DNA of 64,000 bases from the human T2T-CHM13v2.0 reference genome, Homo sapiens. A program made the position numbers and the translations under genes. Position 1 is the stretch's first letter; each line of letters opens with the position of its first letter. Shown here in pieces: positions 50,261 through 64,000 of this stretch. Location of the stretch: the NCBI RefSeq assembly GCF_009914755.1, contig NC_060936.1; one strand, 5' to 3'. A model generated the notes under the pieces. The model was given only the letters and a program-made list of their open reading frames with translations, was not told the origin of the DNA and ran no database searches.

Positions 50261-50856
50261 CTGTGAACATTAAAGATGCAGTTAAATACAGCAGGTGCTT
50301 ATCAGCTGCCCCTCTGCTTCTAGGAGCCACTTTGTATGCACTGGCTAAATGCATGAGCAGGCTGGTCTCGTCATTTCCTTTATCCTGTCTAGCAGGAGAC
50401 TCATGGTAAGGCTCTAAAATCGGCTATTTCACTCTACCATAGGGCTGGAAGTGTTGACTCTCACAGGAAGGGTGAAGGAGGGGAAAAGGGAGGGAAATAC
50501 CTGGAGCGGGGAGGGTGTTTGTTTATAAAGCCATCCTCAGGTGGGCCAACTCCTTGGGTACAAATGCAGAATGTAACCTAATGTTGTCTTCATGATGAAG
50601 TGGGGTAATGACTTTAAACACACTACAGACAGCTAGAGACACATAACATGCTGGTACAAAGAAAAAGGCCTTTCGGCAACAATGTGAGATGACAAGACAT
50701 GTAAACTACGAGCGTATGCTTGAATACTTTAAGACTTTATGAGTCTGAAAATAGAGAAAAGGGGTGTGTGTGGTGAACTGCTTCTGCTGGCCCAGGCCTG
50801 CCAGGTCTCTGGCCCTGGGGAGCCCCTCCCCTGGCACGCTCGTCCTGTGCATGTAC

Positions 50857-50939
50857 CCCATGCCATCTGGCTCCATGTCGTTGGGAGTGTTGTCGTAGTC
50901 ACTCTCAGGTGTGCTGTTCTGCTTCTCCAGCCTGGATGC
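50857..50939 (-). CDS. GIT2: GIT2 exon (ASRLEKQNSTPESDYDNTPNDMEPDGMG)
   Basis: cttgtAG acceptor, GG|GTACAT donor; 83 nt; includes the conserved SDYDN tyrosine motif. Confidence 0.93.
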
Positions 50940-51364
50940 CTACAAGAAAGAAGAGGGACCCTCATGAGTTTGTAACATGAGACTCTTCTCAGGAGTCTTC
51001 CCCAGGAATTGTTACCTGTTAGGCTACTGGCCTTCACATCCCAAATCTCATTTGGGACAGGGGACAACTCTCTAGTGAAAATTTAGTAAAAGATGAATAT
51101 TGGATCCAGAAATGGCCTCTTTCCTTCTTTGCACCATTTTCTTCTTAGCTCAGTGGCCACTTCCTAATCAGATCCTTAGTACAAACTAACAGACATGCAA
51201 GGCAACATATCCTCATTTAGTTCTCAAATTTATAACATAATGAGATGCAGTTAAAATACAGGCAGGGTGTGGTGGCTCACACCTGTAATCCCTGTATTTT
51301 GGGAGGCTGAGGCAGGACGATTGCTTAAGGCTAGGAGTTTGAGACCAGCCTGGGCAACATTTAA

Positions 51365-51377
51365 AAAATAAATAAAA

Positions 51378-51420
<43 letters not shown>

Positions 51421-51422
51421 AT
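51365..51422 (+). repeat. (AAAT)n tetranucleotide STR expanded in an Alu linker
   Basis: About 13 near-perfect AAAT units. Confidence 0.9.
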
Positions 51423-52570
51423 CAGCCAGGCATGGTAGCATGAACCTGTAGTCCCAGCTCCTCAGGAGGCTGAGGGAGGACTGCTTGAGCCCAGGAGTTC
51501 AAGGTTGCATTGAGCCATGGTCGCACCACTGTACTCCAGCCTGGGAAACAGAGTAAGATAAGACCCTGTCTCAGAAACAAACAAACAAAAAAACATGCCA
51601 GCACTTATATGACCACAGACCTTCAGCACTGGAAGCCACCTTCAGATTATCTCATTGAGCCCCATATGAGAAAATGAAGGGCCAAAAAAGCTGGGTGGCC
51701 CACCAAAGGCCACAAAGTCTGCAGAAAAACAGGACCAAGCACCAGGTCTCCTGCCTCCTGCTACCTCCAATATTTCATGCCTGGGCTCAAATCTACCCCT
51801 TAAAATGTAAAGATTTGGTGCAACTGTGGTGATCAAAAATGGGATACAGATTCAAAAGAGGAATCCTAAAAATGTTTTGAACAAATGGCAGCACTGCTAA
51901 ACACACGATCTTCTAGGGTGACGAAATTTGAAGGGGACTTTATTCCTTCGAAGGGGACTATGTTCTGAGTATTTCATGAACATTATTTTCCCTATTTATT
52001 TCACCCATAATGCTTGAGAACTTCTCTGGAACAGAGATCAGTGGAGGCTAATTTAAAACCTAAACCACTTACCTTATAAAATATAAGTGTGAGCTATTTC
52101 TAGCTTTACTCCTTGAATTTCATCCAAGTTAATCAAAACATGGGACTAAGGAGTTTTATTGATGCTGCAATAAAATGTGGCTAAGGACACAGATGTAAAC
52201 TAAGAGCTTTGTTTAAACATATGGAAACCCTGTAGCTTCATCCAAAAGAGTGGCTACTTTTGAGTAAGTTGGTTTAAGAAGGTCTACATGGCCAGGTGCG
52301 GTGGCTCACACCCATAATCCCAGCATGTTGGGAGGCAGAGGTGGGCAGATCACTTGAGGTCAGGAATTTGAGGCCAGCCTAGGCAACATGGTGAAACGTC
52401 ATCGCTACTAAAAGTACAAAAATTACCTGGGTGTGGTAGTGCACACCTGCAGTTCAGCTACTCGGGAGGCTGAGGTGAGATGATCTCTTGAGCCTAGGAG
52501 GCGGAGGTTGCAGTGAGATGAGATCGTACTACTGCACTCCAGCCTGGGTGACAGAGCTAGACCCTAACTC

Positions 52571-52601
<31 letters not shown>

Positions 52602-53567
52602 CCAAAAAGAAAAAAAAAAAAAAACCCCACAAAACTCTACATAAAGCCTGTCACTCCTTACTGATAACACCTGGTGGGTACAGGCAAGGCAGCCGGACCC
52701 ACGTGGAGAAGCCCCCCTTATTCACACCACACTTTGTTTGCTATCCCCATACACTCTTCTGCTCCCAGGGCGCATGTTCTCTCCTCTGTCGGCTGAGGTC
52801 TTCCATCCACACCTCCACGCATGCTGTTTAGTTCCCAGCTGCTCAAATACAAGACACTTGCTGTGGGCTCCTAAAATTCACTATGAACTCGTGCATCCTG
52901 AAGCCACTCAAATCCATCTGGCAAATGATTAAACGTTAGCTTGGAGCCATATGGGGAGTCTGTAAAGCTAATTTCTGTAGAATCGACAACTTTGATGATC
53001 CCTTTGTTTATATCTCCTATCAATAAGTAGTTCTGCTTCTCTTGCTGCCTTGTTTTGATCTGGCTTTATGAACAGTCAGTGAGTTTGGCTGCTAGAAGTT
53101 TATAGCAGGAAGATCATGGGCAAGCACTGTGGTCTTCCAGAGATGAGCTTAGAAAATGAAAAAGAAAGAAGAAAAACCCAAAACCCTTCTTATCTTTCAC
53201 AGGGAATGCCTAACTTTTTTCTTTTTTTTTTTTGAGATTGAGTTTCACTCTTGTTGCCTGTGGAGTGCAATGGCATAAGCTAGGCTCACTGCAACCTCCG
53301 CCTCCCAGGTTCAAGCAATTCTCCTGCCTCGGCCCCCTGAGTAGCTGGGATTACAGGCATGCACCACCATACCGAGCTAATTTTGTATTTTTAGTAGAGA
53401 TGGGGTTTCACTATGTTGGTTAGGCTGGTCTCAAACTCCTGACCTCAGGTGATTTTCCCGCCTCAGCCTCCAAAAGTGCTGAGATTATAGGTGTGAGCCA
53501 CCGCACCCTGCCAATTTTTTTTCTTTTTTTTTTTTGAGACAGGGTCTCACTCTGTCGCCTAGGCTAA

Positions 53568-53901
<334 letters not shown>

Positions 53902-55131
53902 TAGATAAAAACTTGCATTTACGTAATTATACTGAAAAATTTGCCCAGAGCTGCTCCAGTGGAAAACAAACTAGAAACAGAATTAAACCCAGAAAATTCC
54001 ACATTTTTATAATGAATCTTTTTTATTTATTTATCTGGAGACAGAGTCTTGCTCTGTCGCCCAGGCTGGAGTGCAGTGGTGCAATCCTGGATCACTGTAA
54101 CTTCTGCCTCGGCCTCCCAGGTTCAAGTGATTCTCCTGCCTAAGCCTCCCAAGTAGCTGGGACTACAGGCACCCACCGCCACACCTGGCTAATTTTTTGT
54201 ATTTTAATAGAGACAGGGTTTCACTGTGTTGCTCAGGATGGTCTCAAACTACCGAGCTCAGGCAATCTACCTGCCTCGGCTTCCCAAAGTGCTAGGATTA
54301 GAGGCGTGAGCCACCATGTCTGGCCTTTATAATGAATCTTTTTGCCTTCCCTGATGAAAATGTGATAAATCGCAAATCAAATGCATTACCCTCAATGATG
54401 AAAAGTACCAAGTTTCATTTAAACATTTTAGAAGAGTAGTGACTCATATACCTAATAAATGCATTTGGTAAATGTTTTTTCAAGTATGGAAAACAACATA
54501 TAGCAGCAACCACCCAGGAAATCAGTTACTTACACGTTAGTTAAGTCCTTCCATCGTTGTCAACAAAAGCATATGTACAGAATTTCAGTGTAGCCAGCAT
54601 TTAATTGTATCAAAAATATTATAAGCATGCAGAGCCAAAAGCTATTGGTTAAGAGTGCTGCTCTCTCAAAGCTGTTAATAGGAAGGTTACCTTATAGCTG
54701 GTGCTGGTTCAATGTATTTAATAGGTTTGCAGTTTTCTCTGAATAAAGACACGCCATAAAAATCTAAACTCATGATGAAGCTGTCAGGAACAATCAGGGT
54801 GATCAGTTTAAATGATTTTTGTACAAAACTCTGTCTCAGCAAGCAGTCCTTGCAATGATTTTTAAGGCTACCATACAAATTAAAAAACAAAAATTTCACA
54901 GTAGACAAAAGAGGTTTGACTTACAAAATTTCTAATGAGATATTTAATCACTGTCTAACTGTCCTTTAGTTGTATCTGGGCTATTTTAATGAAACATTAC
55001 AGTTCAATTTCAGAACTGCTCAGGAGACTTTTTTTTTTTAAGACAATCTCACTCTGTCGCCCAGGCTGGAGTGCAGTGGTGCAATCTCGGCTTACTGCAA
55101 CCTCCACTTCCCAGGTTCAAGGGATTCTTGA

Positions 55132-55332
<201 letters not shown>

Positions 55333-56951
55333 TAAGTACAATGTATCAAGAATTCTTTTTTTTTTTTTTTAGTACAGTAATTCCTTTTTTTTTTTTGAGA
55401 CAGGGCCTCACTGTGTTGTCCAGGCTGGAGTGCAATGGCACAATCATGGCTCACTGCAGCCTCGATCTCTCATGGTGGGCTCAAGTGATCCTCCCATCTC
55501 AGCCTCCCAAGCACCTGGGACTACAGGTGCACATCAACACACCCGGATAATTTTTTATATTTTTTATAGAGATGGGATTTCGCCATGTTGCTGAGGCTGG
55601 TCTTGAACTCCTGGGCTCAAGCAATCCACCCGCCTAGGCCTCCCAAAGTGTGTGAGTCACTGCACTCGGCTGAGAATTCTTAATAGACTGAAAGTGAAGT
55701 GAAGAATTCCAAAAGGGTCAGGGCATGGTGGCGCATGCCTGTAGGCCCAGCTACTCAGAAGCCTGAAGTGGGAGGACTGCTTGAGCCCAGGAGTTTGAGG
55801 CTGCAGTACGCTATGACCATGCCTGTAAATAGCTATTGTACTACAGACTGGGCAACATGAGACTCTGTCTCTAAAAAATAAAAAATAAAAAAACGAATCC
55901 TGAAAGGGCCTTGGTAATCCATATGCCACTGGAACTAGGAAAGAAAGGCTCTCCATAATTCCTAGGTGTGGAGGGAATGGCAAAGGCCCAGTGCAAACCC
56001 CACCTTGCCTGTAAAGGTGGTCCCTTACCCACAGCCACCTTCCTCCTCTTACCTTACATTACCCTTCCATTAAAAAAGAGATGGAGCCAGAACTGGGACG
56101 TGGATTTCAAAGCCTATGCCCTTTCCACGGCTTTCCCAGGTTGTGGTCATGTACCACTCTTTATGCATGAAAGTATTTTTTAATTGACAGTGCCTTTGGG
56201 AGCAGGGGCTGTGCCAGCTAAGTCCTTAGGACCCTTTCATTGACTTACCCAAACGCTGTGTATGGAGGAGGTGCTTAATACTTACTGCCTGACTACTCTA
56301 AAAGAGGCTTACCTGAATCATGCACTGCTATTGAGACCATAAATTATACACCAGTAGGTGAGGTTTAACCAACCCGTACAAGTGAACAGCTTTAGGTTAA
56401 CAGCTGCTTGCATAGCTCCAATGCCACAAGGTGTTACAATTCTGATTCAAGATGCAGGGACTTGTAAACCTTGGTTTGTCAGCACTTGTGGTGCTGACAT
56501 AAAATGTGTCACAGGTTAAAAAAAAAAAAAAAGGCATGACATTTTAGTACTTCAGCGAGTCCACATACAGCAGTTTCAATCTGACAACTGTAGCCCTGAA
56601 CAAATTGAACAAATTTGGCCTATTATAATATCTAACCAGCAGCCAGCTAATTTTCTCGTTGTTTAAAAAAACAGTTTGCTCAGAATAAATGCTGTAGGGT
56701 GATTTGCAAACTTTGTTAAATATGACGTGAACATGAGCAGTATGGGGTTAGAGAAAGGGAGGCGCCCTCGATGGGTGAGCGTGCATGTGGACGAGTGTGA
56801 GCCTGATGCACTGTGAGAAACCAGGAGGAAGTGCTGCCTCATGCAGGACGGAAGGGCAGTTAGCAGGGACAGGAGGGCCAGAGCCCAAGCACAAAGCGCC
56901 CAGGAGCACGGCCCCTCCTCCAGAGAGCAGACCATTCAGAATGTACTTAAC

Positions 56952-57041
56952 CCTTCGGGCGCTTTCGTCCCTCGACCAGGAAAGTGTGGAGGGGAAGGAA
57001 GGCAGAGATGAAGAGGAGGTCACAAGTGCACTCCTCCCGAT
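56952..57041 (-). CDS. GIT2: GIT2 90-nt cassette exon (IGRSALVTSSSSLPSFPSTLSWSRDESARR)
   Basis: ttccAG acceptor, atypical AGG|GTTAAG donor; phase 0/0. Confidence 0.88.
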
Positions 57042-57516
57042 CTGGAATGGGAAAGAGAAACACACTCGGGAAAATACAAAACAAACCAAAAACCTACCAC
57101 CTTGCCAGCTTCAGTAAAAGAATCCTGGAACACCACACATTATGTGACGTGAGTGCTGCAATCTCAGTGGCCACCAGTGACAGGACCCCAGAGATGCTTA
57201 AACCCTTGGTGAAACACCTCCTGGAAATTACTCTGAATTTAATAAGGCTGCTTTTCCATAAGGGAAATACCTAACATAATTTGTCAAACTTGTCAATAAT
57301 TTTTTAATGGATACTATGAAATGCATATTTGTTTTTCAATCAGGACTGATGTGAAATGAGAAACTATAAAAATGATTCTAAGTTGCTATACACTATCAAT
57401 CTAATTTTTAGTACAATTACAGTGCCTTCCTGATATATCTTTATATTCTAATTTTTTCTAAAATAAGAAAGTACACTGAAAAATAACAAAGTTGCTTTTC
57501 CTAAATTTTGTCTTCA

Positions 57517-57845
<329 letters not shown>

Positions 57846-58947
57846 TTAGTTCAGTGGCATTCCCATTACATCAAATGTATCAAATCAATTGCCTTAGAAT
57901 GTTAAACCCAAATATCTTAAAAAGAATCTGAGATAACAGACTCCCAATTATAGTAAAACAATATTGTAATTTTACCACACTGAAAATTGACAAAATTAAA
58001 CTAGGGTTTAATTCACGAAACCATGTCCTTGCTTTGCATCTACCTTGAGAATTTTTTTGGAAACTCCCATAAAATTTGACTGAAGAAATAATAAACTTTG
58101 ACACTCAAAAAGACAAATACTACTCTCTGAAAAAGCATCCCATGAAAAAGTTTAAATGTAACATCTTGGCAAAACACATATTTTTATAATAAAGTAATCC
58201 AGAAGAAATATATTTGAAAACCTTATAACACAGTATGTATCCCAATGCAAAATAAGATTGTAAGAACCCTGCTGCAGAACACAATCTCTGGAATTCAGCG
58301 CTTCTAAGACTGATGTAGAGTATTACATTTCCTTTTCTGAGACAACAAAGCCACACTTCCCCCACCACGGTGGGAGGAGCAGGATGCAGAAGCGAACCTA
58401 GCAGGCACACTGAGCACACATGGAGAGGCTGCGGAAGCCTGGAGCCTTCCAGCCTTGCCTGGGTACCTGGGCCACAGACTCAAGGCCACCTGCTTGAGGA
58501 GGAGCTGAAAAGACGTCTTGGATTCTAAGGGCTCCAGTACTTAAAGGGGCACATCCCTGTCTAGCTCCAAGAAGGCAACACTTCCTTCTGAGAGTGAACT
58601 TTATGATTTATTTTTGTTTTTGGAAGTAGAGAAGGAAGGAAGCTTTACCAAAAAAAGTTCCAACACTGGCTGGTTGAGAAATAATCATGGATGTGGGGGA
58701 GAAAAAAGCAGCAGTTCGGGCAAGAGCCAGAATCCCCAACTTGGTTAGGAAACCATCAGCCCATGGCCCTGTGTGCTTGTGGGAATATCGCAAGCATCTG
58801 TGGACATGTTAATACAGCAAACACAATGGTAACTCTCTTAGTCCAATTTGGCAAAGCAGAGCTGTGGGGACCTGTAGGTTCAGAAGAGGGAACAGAGTAG
58901 ACAGGCTGCATAGAGTGAACAGCAGAAGCGCCAGTGGTGTTACTTAC

Positions 58948-59196
58948 GTGCGCGGGGAAGGGCTGGAGTCTCATCCTGCTCTCTTCGGGGCGGCTCGCTT
59001 CTCCCATTGGGAGATATGGTTTCTGACCTGATCCGGTCTCGTACATGGACATGGGCCTACTGCCCCGGGCAGACGGACGTCTCTTTAAGGAAGAGTGGTT
59101 GGAAGTGTCTGTGTACTCAGAACCAGTTTGCACCTGATATACATTGGTTGTGGCCTGTTTCCTGAGGTTCGAATTTTCACTCTGGAGTGTTTGAAG
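58948..59196 (-). CDS. GIT2: GIT2 249-nt exon (LQTLQSENSNLR...RLQPFPAH)
   Basis: tttcAG acceptor, CAC|GTAAGT donor; 83 codons; phase 0/0. Confidence 0.95.
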
Positions 59197-60514
59197 CTGA
59201 AAGAAATGTTTGGCAGTGGGACTGTGTTTTTTTACAGCAAGCAGAAAAAGCAAACACCAAGTAAATGAATACAACTACCAGTTTTAAACAATAAGGACAG
59301 TAACAGCTAGCCGGGCTGAAAGTAAAAAGCCAATACAAACAAGGACCCTTTCTTCTGGATTGGGTGAAACACAATCAACTCCCTTCATCACGTAAGCAAA
59401 TTAAATAGCTTCATTTCTGAATGTGGAAAAGTTGTGGTTTGGACTTCCTCAAAACAAAATGTCTAACCACTTTAAAATTTGTCATGGTGGGGCTGGGAAA
59501 TGTTTGCAGGCAAGCTGTACACTGGATTATTACTAAGGCTGTTTCAAGCAAGAGTTCGAGATCATTAAAACATCATTTAGGTAACTTGCTTTTCAAATGA
59601 GCCCTGAGCAATTTGTAAAGGCCAAAAATGACAGCAGACACCATGGAAGCAGCACAAAGATGACTAGGGTTGCTTTGCAAAGCAAGAAAGACAGAAGTTC
59701 AGCTTGTGAAAAATCAGATCGCCTATTGCTTTCCAAAAAGCCAACAAGAAAAATTATGATCAACAAGTTTTTATTACATAATACTCTTGATATTCCAAAC
59801 AATTCAGCACTTTGTAAAAAAAAAAAGAAAAAAGAGAAAACCGGATCATGGTAAGTTTGCTATATTAACATATCACGAAGAAAACTGGAAACCTATTGAT
59901 CTATGGAATTGACATCTTCGCATGGATGCTCCACGCAGCACGCTTGCTTCCGTCTGGTGAGTGATCATCTTTCGGCCAGGGCTGGAATATTTGGCCTTTC
60001 TCTCCTTTGGCTTTGTCACCCAAAAAACACGACCTCAGTGGTGTCAGCTTTGAACATGCTAATCTGCCTGGCACCACCCCATTTTAGAGACTGTCACTTG
60101 GAGGCCCTGAATGCTCCTTCCATTCCTCACATGCAGGCTGCTCCATGGTGCTGGATGGATTAGAGTTAAGGGGTCAGCAGGGAATCGTGTTACTCTTTGG
60201 CATCTGGCATTTTAAACACCATTCACCACGTCCATTCTGCGCAGGGTCCTTCCCTTCTGGTGCGCCTTCATCTTCCATGGACATTCTATAAGCTGGGTGT
60301 GGTGTGAGTTCAGCTGTCTACTCTTTGACAGAGATTGTAAAATCTGACCAAATTCCCCACCAGTGCCAAGGTTTAAGTCCACAAGCAACTGTTTGCACCA
60401 GAAGATCATTACTTTTTCAGTAGCAAACCCATTCAATGTTAGGAGTTACTTTCAATTTTTATTTAGAAAGCACCAATCTGTGAAAAATACACCAATAGTA
60501 GTTGCTCCTCTTCA

Positions 60515-60538
60515 TTAATTAGCATCTTTTCCAAGCAA
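60515..60538 (-). CDS. GIT2: GIT2-short alternative terminal exon, coding part (LLGKDAN*)
   Basis: ctttcacatttaacAG acceptor then TTG CTT GGA AAA GAT GCT AAT TAA, in frame after ...MQKK; matches the GIT2-short C-terminus as I recall it; AATAAA at 60458-60463 and 59770-59775 (- strand). Confidence 0.85.
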   Translation of the reverse strand: MLGKDAN

Positions 60539-62858
60539 CTGTTAAATGTGAAAGATCAGATACAAATCATGCTACTTTGTCAACTTTATGTATATTAAAA
60601 ACTTTACCCAACTTTGAAATATAATCAATACATCTTTGCTAAATAAACAAATTCCATATACTTTATATTAATCATGCCAAACTGCTGTGAAAGTGTGACT
60701 TACTGCCTCTTCCACAAAAAGACCACTCATTCTGTTTCTCTGAAGAGCAAGCCATTACAGAATGATAGAATGCTTTTATATCACAAAGGCTGGCAGGGTA
60801 TAGCTCATATCTGCAATTCCCTTTCCAGGGAAAGAACAGCTGCAAAGCAGCTGACAAAGCAGCCCTGAACATTTCTACATTCCAGGATACAGACAGGCAT
60901 GAAGTGCCTGTTGAAACTATTCATTAGAGAACCCAGGGCCTAGAGTGAAATGGTCAAGGTTCAAGGACTGAGGTGTGTAACTGACACAGGTCCCTCAATG
61001 GGGCACTGGTGCATGTGATCACGTGTTTGTCTGTATAAAAAGCCTCTGTGGCAGTTATTTAGTTAAGGCCTTGAAATCTGAAACTTTATCCTAACACTTT
61101 TCATGCCTGGATTTTGTCTGAATGTGTTCTCATGAGCACAAGTTCTTGGTTTCAATTTTTAAAAATGTTAGTACTCTGTATTTAGAGAGATGTCTTCACA
61201 TAAATTTTAATGACGTTTATCTTAATAAGAACCAGGCTACACTTTTTTATTTGGAAGGAGTATAAGGGAAAATAAAAAGTTATAGACAATTCAATAGTTT
61301 CAGAAATCAAAAGCACTTCTAAGAATTGATGAGATAATCAATAAGCAAAAGCAAATAATTTCACTTTGCATTTCTCAAAGAAGCTCAAGACATTTGCTTT
61401 CAGAGATAATGAGGCTCTCTCTGGTGATTTCCAAAAATACTAAAAGAAGCATTGTTAGATTTTAAAAGGTGATGTGCAGCAGATTGATTTACAGTGGCAA
61501 AATCAGCATGTTTCAGAAATAGTCACCTGGTCAAAATTATTAGTCCAATTAATGGAACAAACTATAATCCACTAAATAAAATATATTCCAAAGAAGGCAA
61601 AGAAAATACAGGTCCTGTATGTTATGACAAAGGGGCTCTCGGTCTGTCTCGTTTACAGCTGCACGGCAGCCCTAGACAGGGCTGGGAGACACAGAACAAG
61701 TGTCTGTTCGTTTAAGGCTAGCTGATCTTAAGCATTCTTCATTCCCTGCTACTATAGGCATTAGAGCCATTTATTTCAAAAAGTCTCAAAAATGCTCTAG
61801 AAGTCAACATCAAAAGAATCCTAGACCAAACCCCAGGCAAAAGTGCACAGCAATTTCCTTCCCTAGTAAACAGAGGGGCATGGGCCCCTTTTTAGTTCTT
61901 CCACCTTCCTTTAGGAAGCAGCACTGAAAAGAGTCCAGGCACACATGGAGTGTGCCACGTCCTCAGGTCTTGAAAATGATTTGAAAACCTTACTTCTCAA
62001 ATGACAGCCTAAAGACATAGATTATATATTTCATTTTGTTTCTGGTTAAGTAAAGTGTCCAAATCTCATTTTAGAGCTGAATGATGAGTGATACCCACAA
62101 AGTCATGGGCAAAATTTGCAATTTTTCGAATTCCCTTATTTAGCCATCTCATAAGGAGTTGCATACACAATCCCCCTCCTACTAAGGGTATTCCTTGCTA
62201 CCATCAACCACACTCCTTTTAGGGATTAATATATTCACACGGTTCTGATTCTCTCAAAAGGTAATGAATGAGAAAATGCTGAGCAAATGAGATTGTTTTT
62301 TACCAGTGTGCAGCTCTTCCTAGTACAAATGAAATGTTTTTTCTTATTTTTTGAGCACCTACTCTGTGGCAGGCCCTCCTGTAGGCTCTGGGGATAATAC
62401 AAGTTAGTAGTAAAAACTGGTGAGCAATAAGGTGGGGATGTGGGATAGGGCTGCCAGGGTGGGAGCAGGGTTTGAATGCTGATAAACATGCCCCTGCCCA
62501 GGGCTCTCATTGGCTCTGTCTCCATGGTGTGATCATCCTTCCCTAGCAATGGGAAGAATCACATCCATGGAGCCCCATCCAGGTTTCCAGGAAGCACAGA
62601 ATAGTCCAAGGGTTATTCTAATGGGCACAAATGCTTAAATAGATGTTAGGTTTCTCCTACCTGGGGAACTTACTCTGGATATATTTCATTTTAAATATCC
62701 AAATACATCCTGCTTCAAAAAGACAACTTGGCCCAAAGATTTCTAAGGCTGTTACAATAACTGTTTTTCTTTCCTCGGACCACATCACAGTGCCTGAGAT
62801 TCTTCCTTGTACTATGGGATTAAAGCGTCAACCGTCCTGGCATTTATTAACATGTTAC

Positions 62859-63008
62859 CTTTTTCTGCATAATTCTCAGCTCGTCACTCAAGTTGTTATT
62901 CACCTTCATTAGCTGCTGTATCTTGGCCTCAGAAGCCACTAGAGCGTTTTTGACCTCCATAAATTCCTGTACAGTGACTGGTCCATCTGATAAATCTGAA
63001 TCTAGGCT
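62859..63008 (-). CDS. GIT2: GIT2 150-nt coiled-coil exon (SLDSDLSDGPVTVQEFMEVK...RIMQKK)
   Basis: tttttAG acceptor, AAG|GTAACA donor; 50 codons; phase 0/0. The gene continues beyond the window end. Confidence 0.95.
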
Positions 63009-63299
63009 CTAAAAATAAATTGGGAAAACGTTCACAATCTGAGATGACGAGAACATTAAAGACTAACAGCTCAAGAATTTCAAATTCTGACCAAGCCAGC
63101 TGAATTGCAAAGTTAGTCAAACCAAATCAAGGCCTCTGAGAGTAATGCAAAACTAAAACATAAAAGTAGGGTCACTATACTATTTAAAAAATTTGAAAGT
63201 CAGTATTTTCTAATAGAACAGGCAGTGAGGCTACACATCTATGCTGACAATGACTGTCTAAGGAGGTCTGTCCTGTCTTGTAAGCCTTTCTCTCGTTCA

Positions 63300-63750
63300 C
63301 TCTTGTTTTGTTTTTATTCATTCTTTCATTAATTCATTCATTCCAACATTTTCATTGAACATTAGGCAGTGTTCTAGGTGCTTGGGATATATTAGAAAAG
63401 AGACAAAGATTCCTGCTTCCATGGTGTTTATATTCCAACAGCATGAGAGAGTATATATATTGCATGATTGAGGGTGATGAGTGCTGTGGGAAAAGATAAG
63501 ACAGAGCAGGGTAGGGGGCTGCATGTTAAGCGGGGAGCTGGGGTAAGCCTGTGAGTGGGTGAGAGGTGAGCAGAGCCCCAGGAGGTGAGGGGATGAGTCA
63601 CATGAATCTGGAGGAAGAACATTCCAGCCTGCAGTGGAGCTCAGCTAGAGGGAGCAGGTGTGTGGGATGGACTGGGCAGGAGGCCAGGCGGTTGACAGAG
63701 GGCCTGGTCACAGAGGGTCTTGGAATGACCTCGGCTCTCACTGAGTGAAC
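63300..63750 (-). mobile_element. L2 3'-end fragment
   Basis: ttcattcattcc aacattttcattgaaca...gttctaggtgcttgggatat...aagagacaaagattcctgcttccatgg. Confidence 0.7.
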
Positions 63751-64000
63751 CAGGTGGCTTCCGGGAAGTCTGCGCAGGGGTGTCCCCTGCATCTGCTAAT
63801 GACGCCATCTTTCTCACAGTCATGTGGGCCGAAGAACTCCAAACAAATCTTCTATAAATCTGTCTCCCCACTTCAACCTTCCGACTTATTGCCAAGACTT
63901 TTCTATTCTACCTTCCTATTCATCCATTCTCAAATGATTGCCAAGCCCCTCTGTGGGTGTGTCCTGGGGGTCAGCAGAGGGTGCACAGCCTGGGGTCCTG

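Noticed and set aside
54345-54410. C-box-like TGATGA motifs suggesting a C/D snoRNA
   Set aside because: They are on the strand opposite the GIT2 host transcript, and I found no convincing D box with a terminal stem.
58756-59274. 172-aa ORF as a separate gene
   Set aside because: It is the 249-nt GIT2 exon with intronic read-through on both sides.

Overview
This is human (primate) genomic DNA, very Alu-dense, which I recognise as the TCHP-GIT2 locus on chr12q24.11. On the + strand is the complete TCHP (trichoplein) gene: a CpG-island promoter at ~11.85-12.5 kb, a non-coding exon 1, and 12 coding exons (14720-28316) that splice with canonical GT-AG sites into a 498-aa coiled-coil protein, with poly(A) at ~29.76 kb. 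On the - strand is the 3' half of GIT2: seven coding exons (63008 down to the stop at 44670), the alternative terminal exon of GIT2-short (LLGKDAN*), and a ~3.2-kb 3'UTR with no Alu, ending at ~41.5 kb. The two genes are convergent. The rest is roughly 60 Alu/FLAM copies, two solo LTRs with visible TSDs (LTR6-like and MER52-like), MLT1, MER54-like, MER5, MIR, L2 and L1M fragments, and a 39-bp VNTR. No prokaryotic, CRISPR, tRNA or rRNA features were seen. Best leads: (1) 8mer seed sites for all four miR-17~92 seed families in the GIT2 long 3'UTR, which GIT2-short would escape; (2) a sense LTR6 solo LTR in TCHP intron 1 followed by a GTAAGT donor, a candidate LTR-driven first exon; (3) a templated-insertion repair scar joining two inverted Alus; (4) a VNTR carrying splice signals that may form a poison exon; (5) a triple-octamer enhancer candidate. 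Coordinates were read by eye. Exon boundaries were checked by reading frame; repeat boundaries and subfamily names are approximate.
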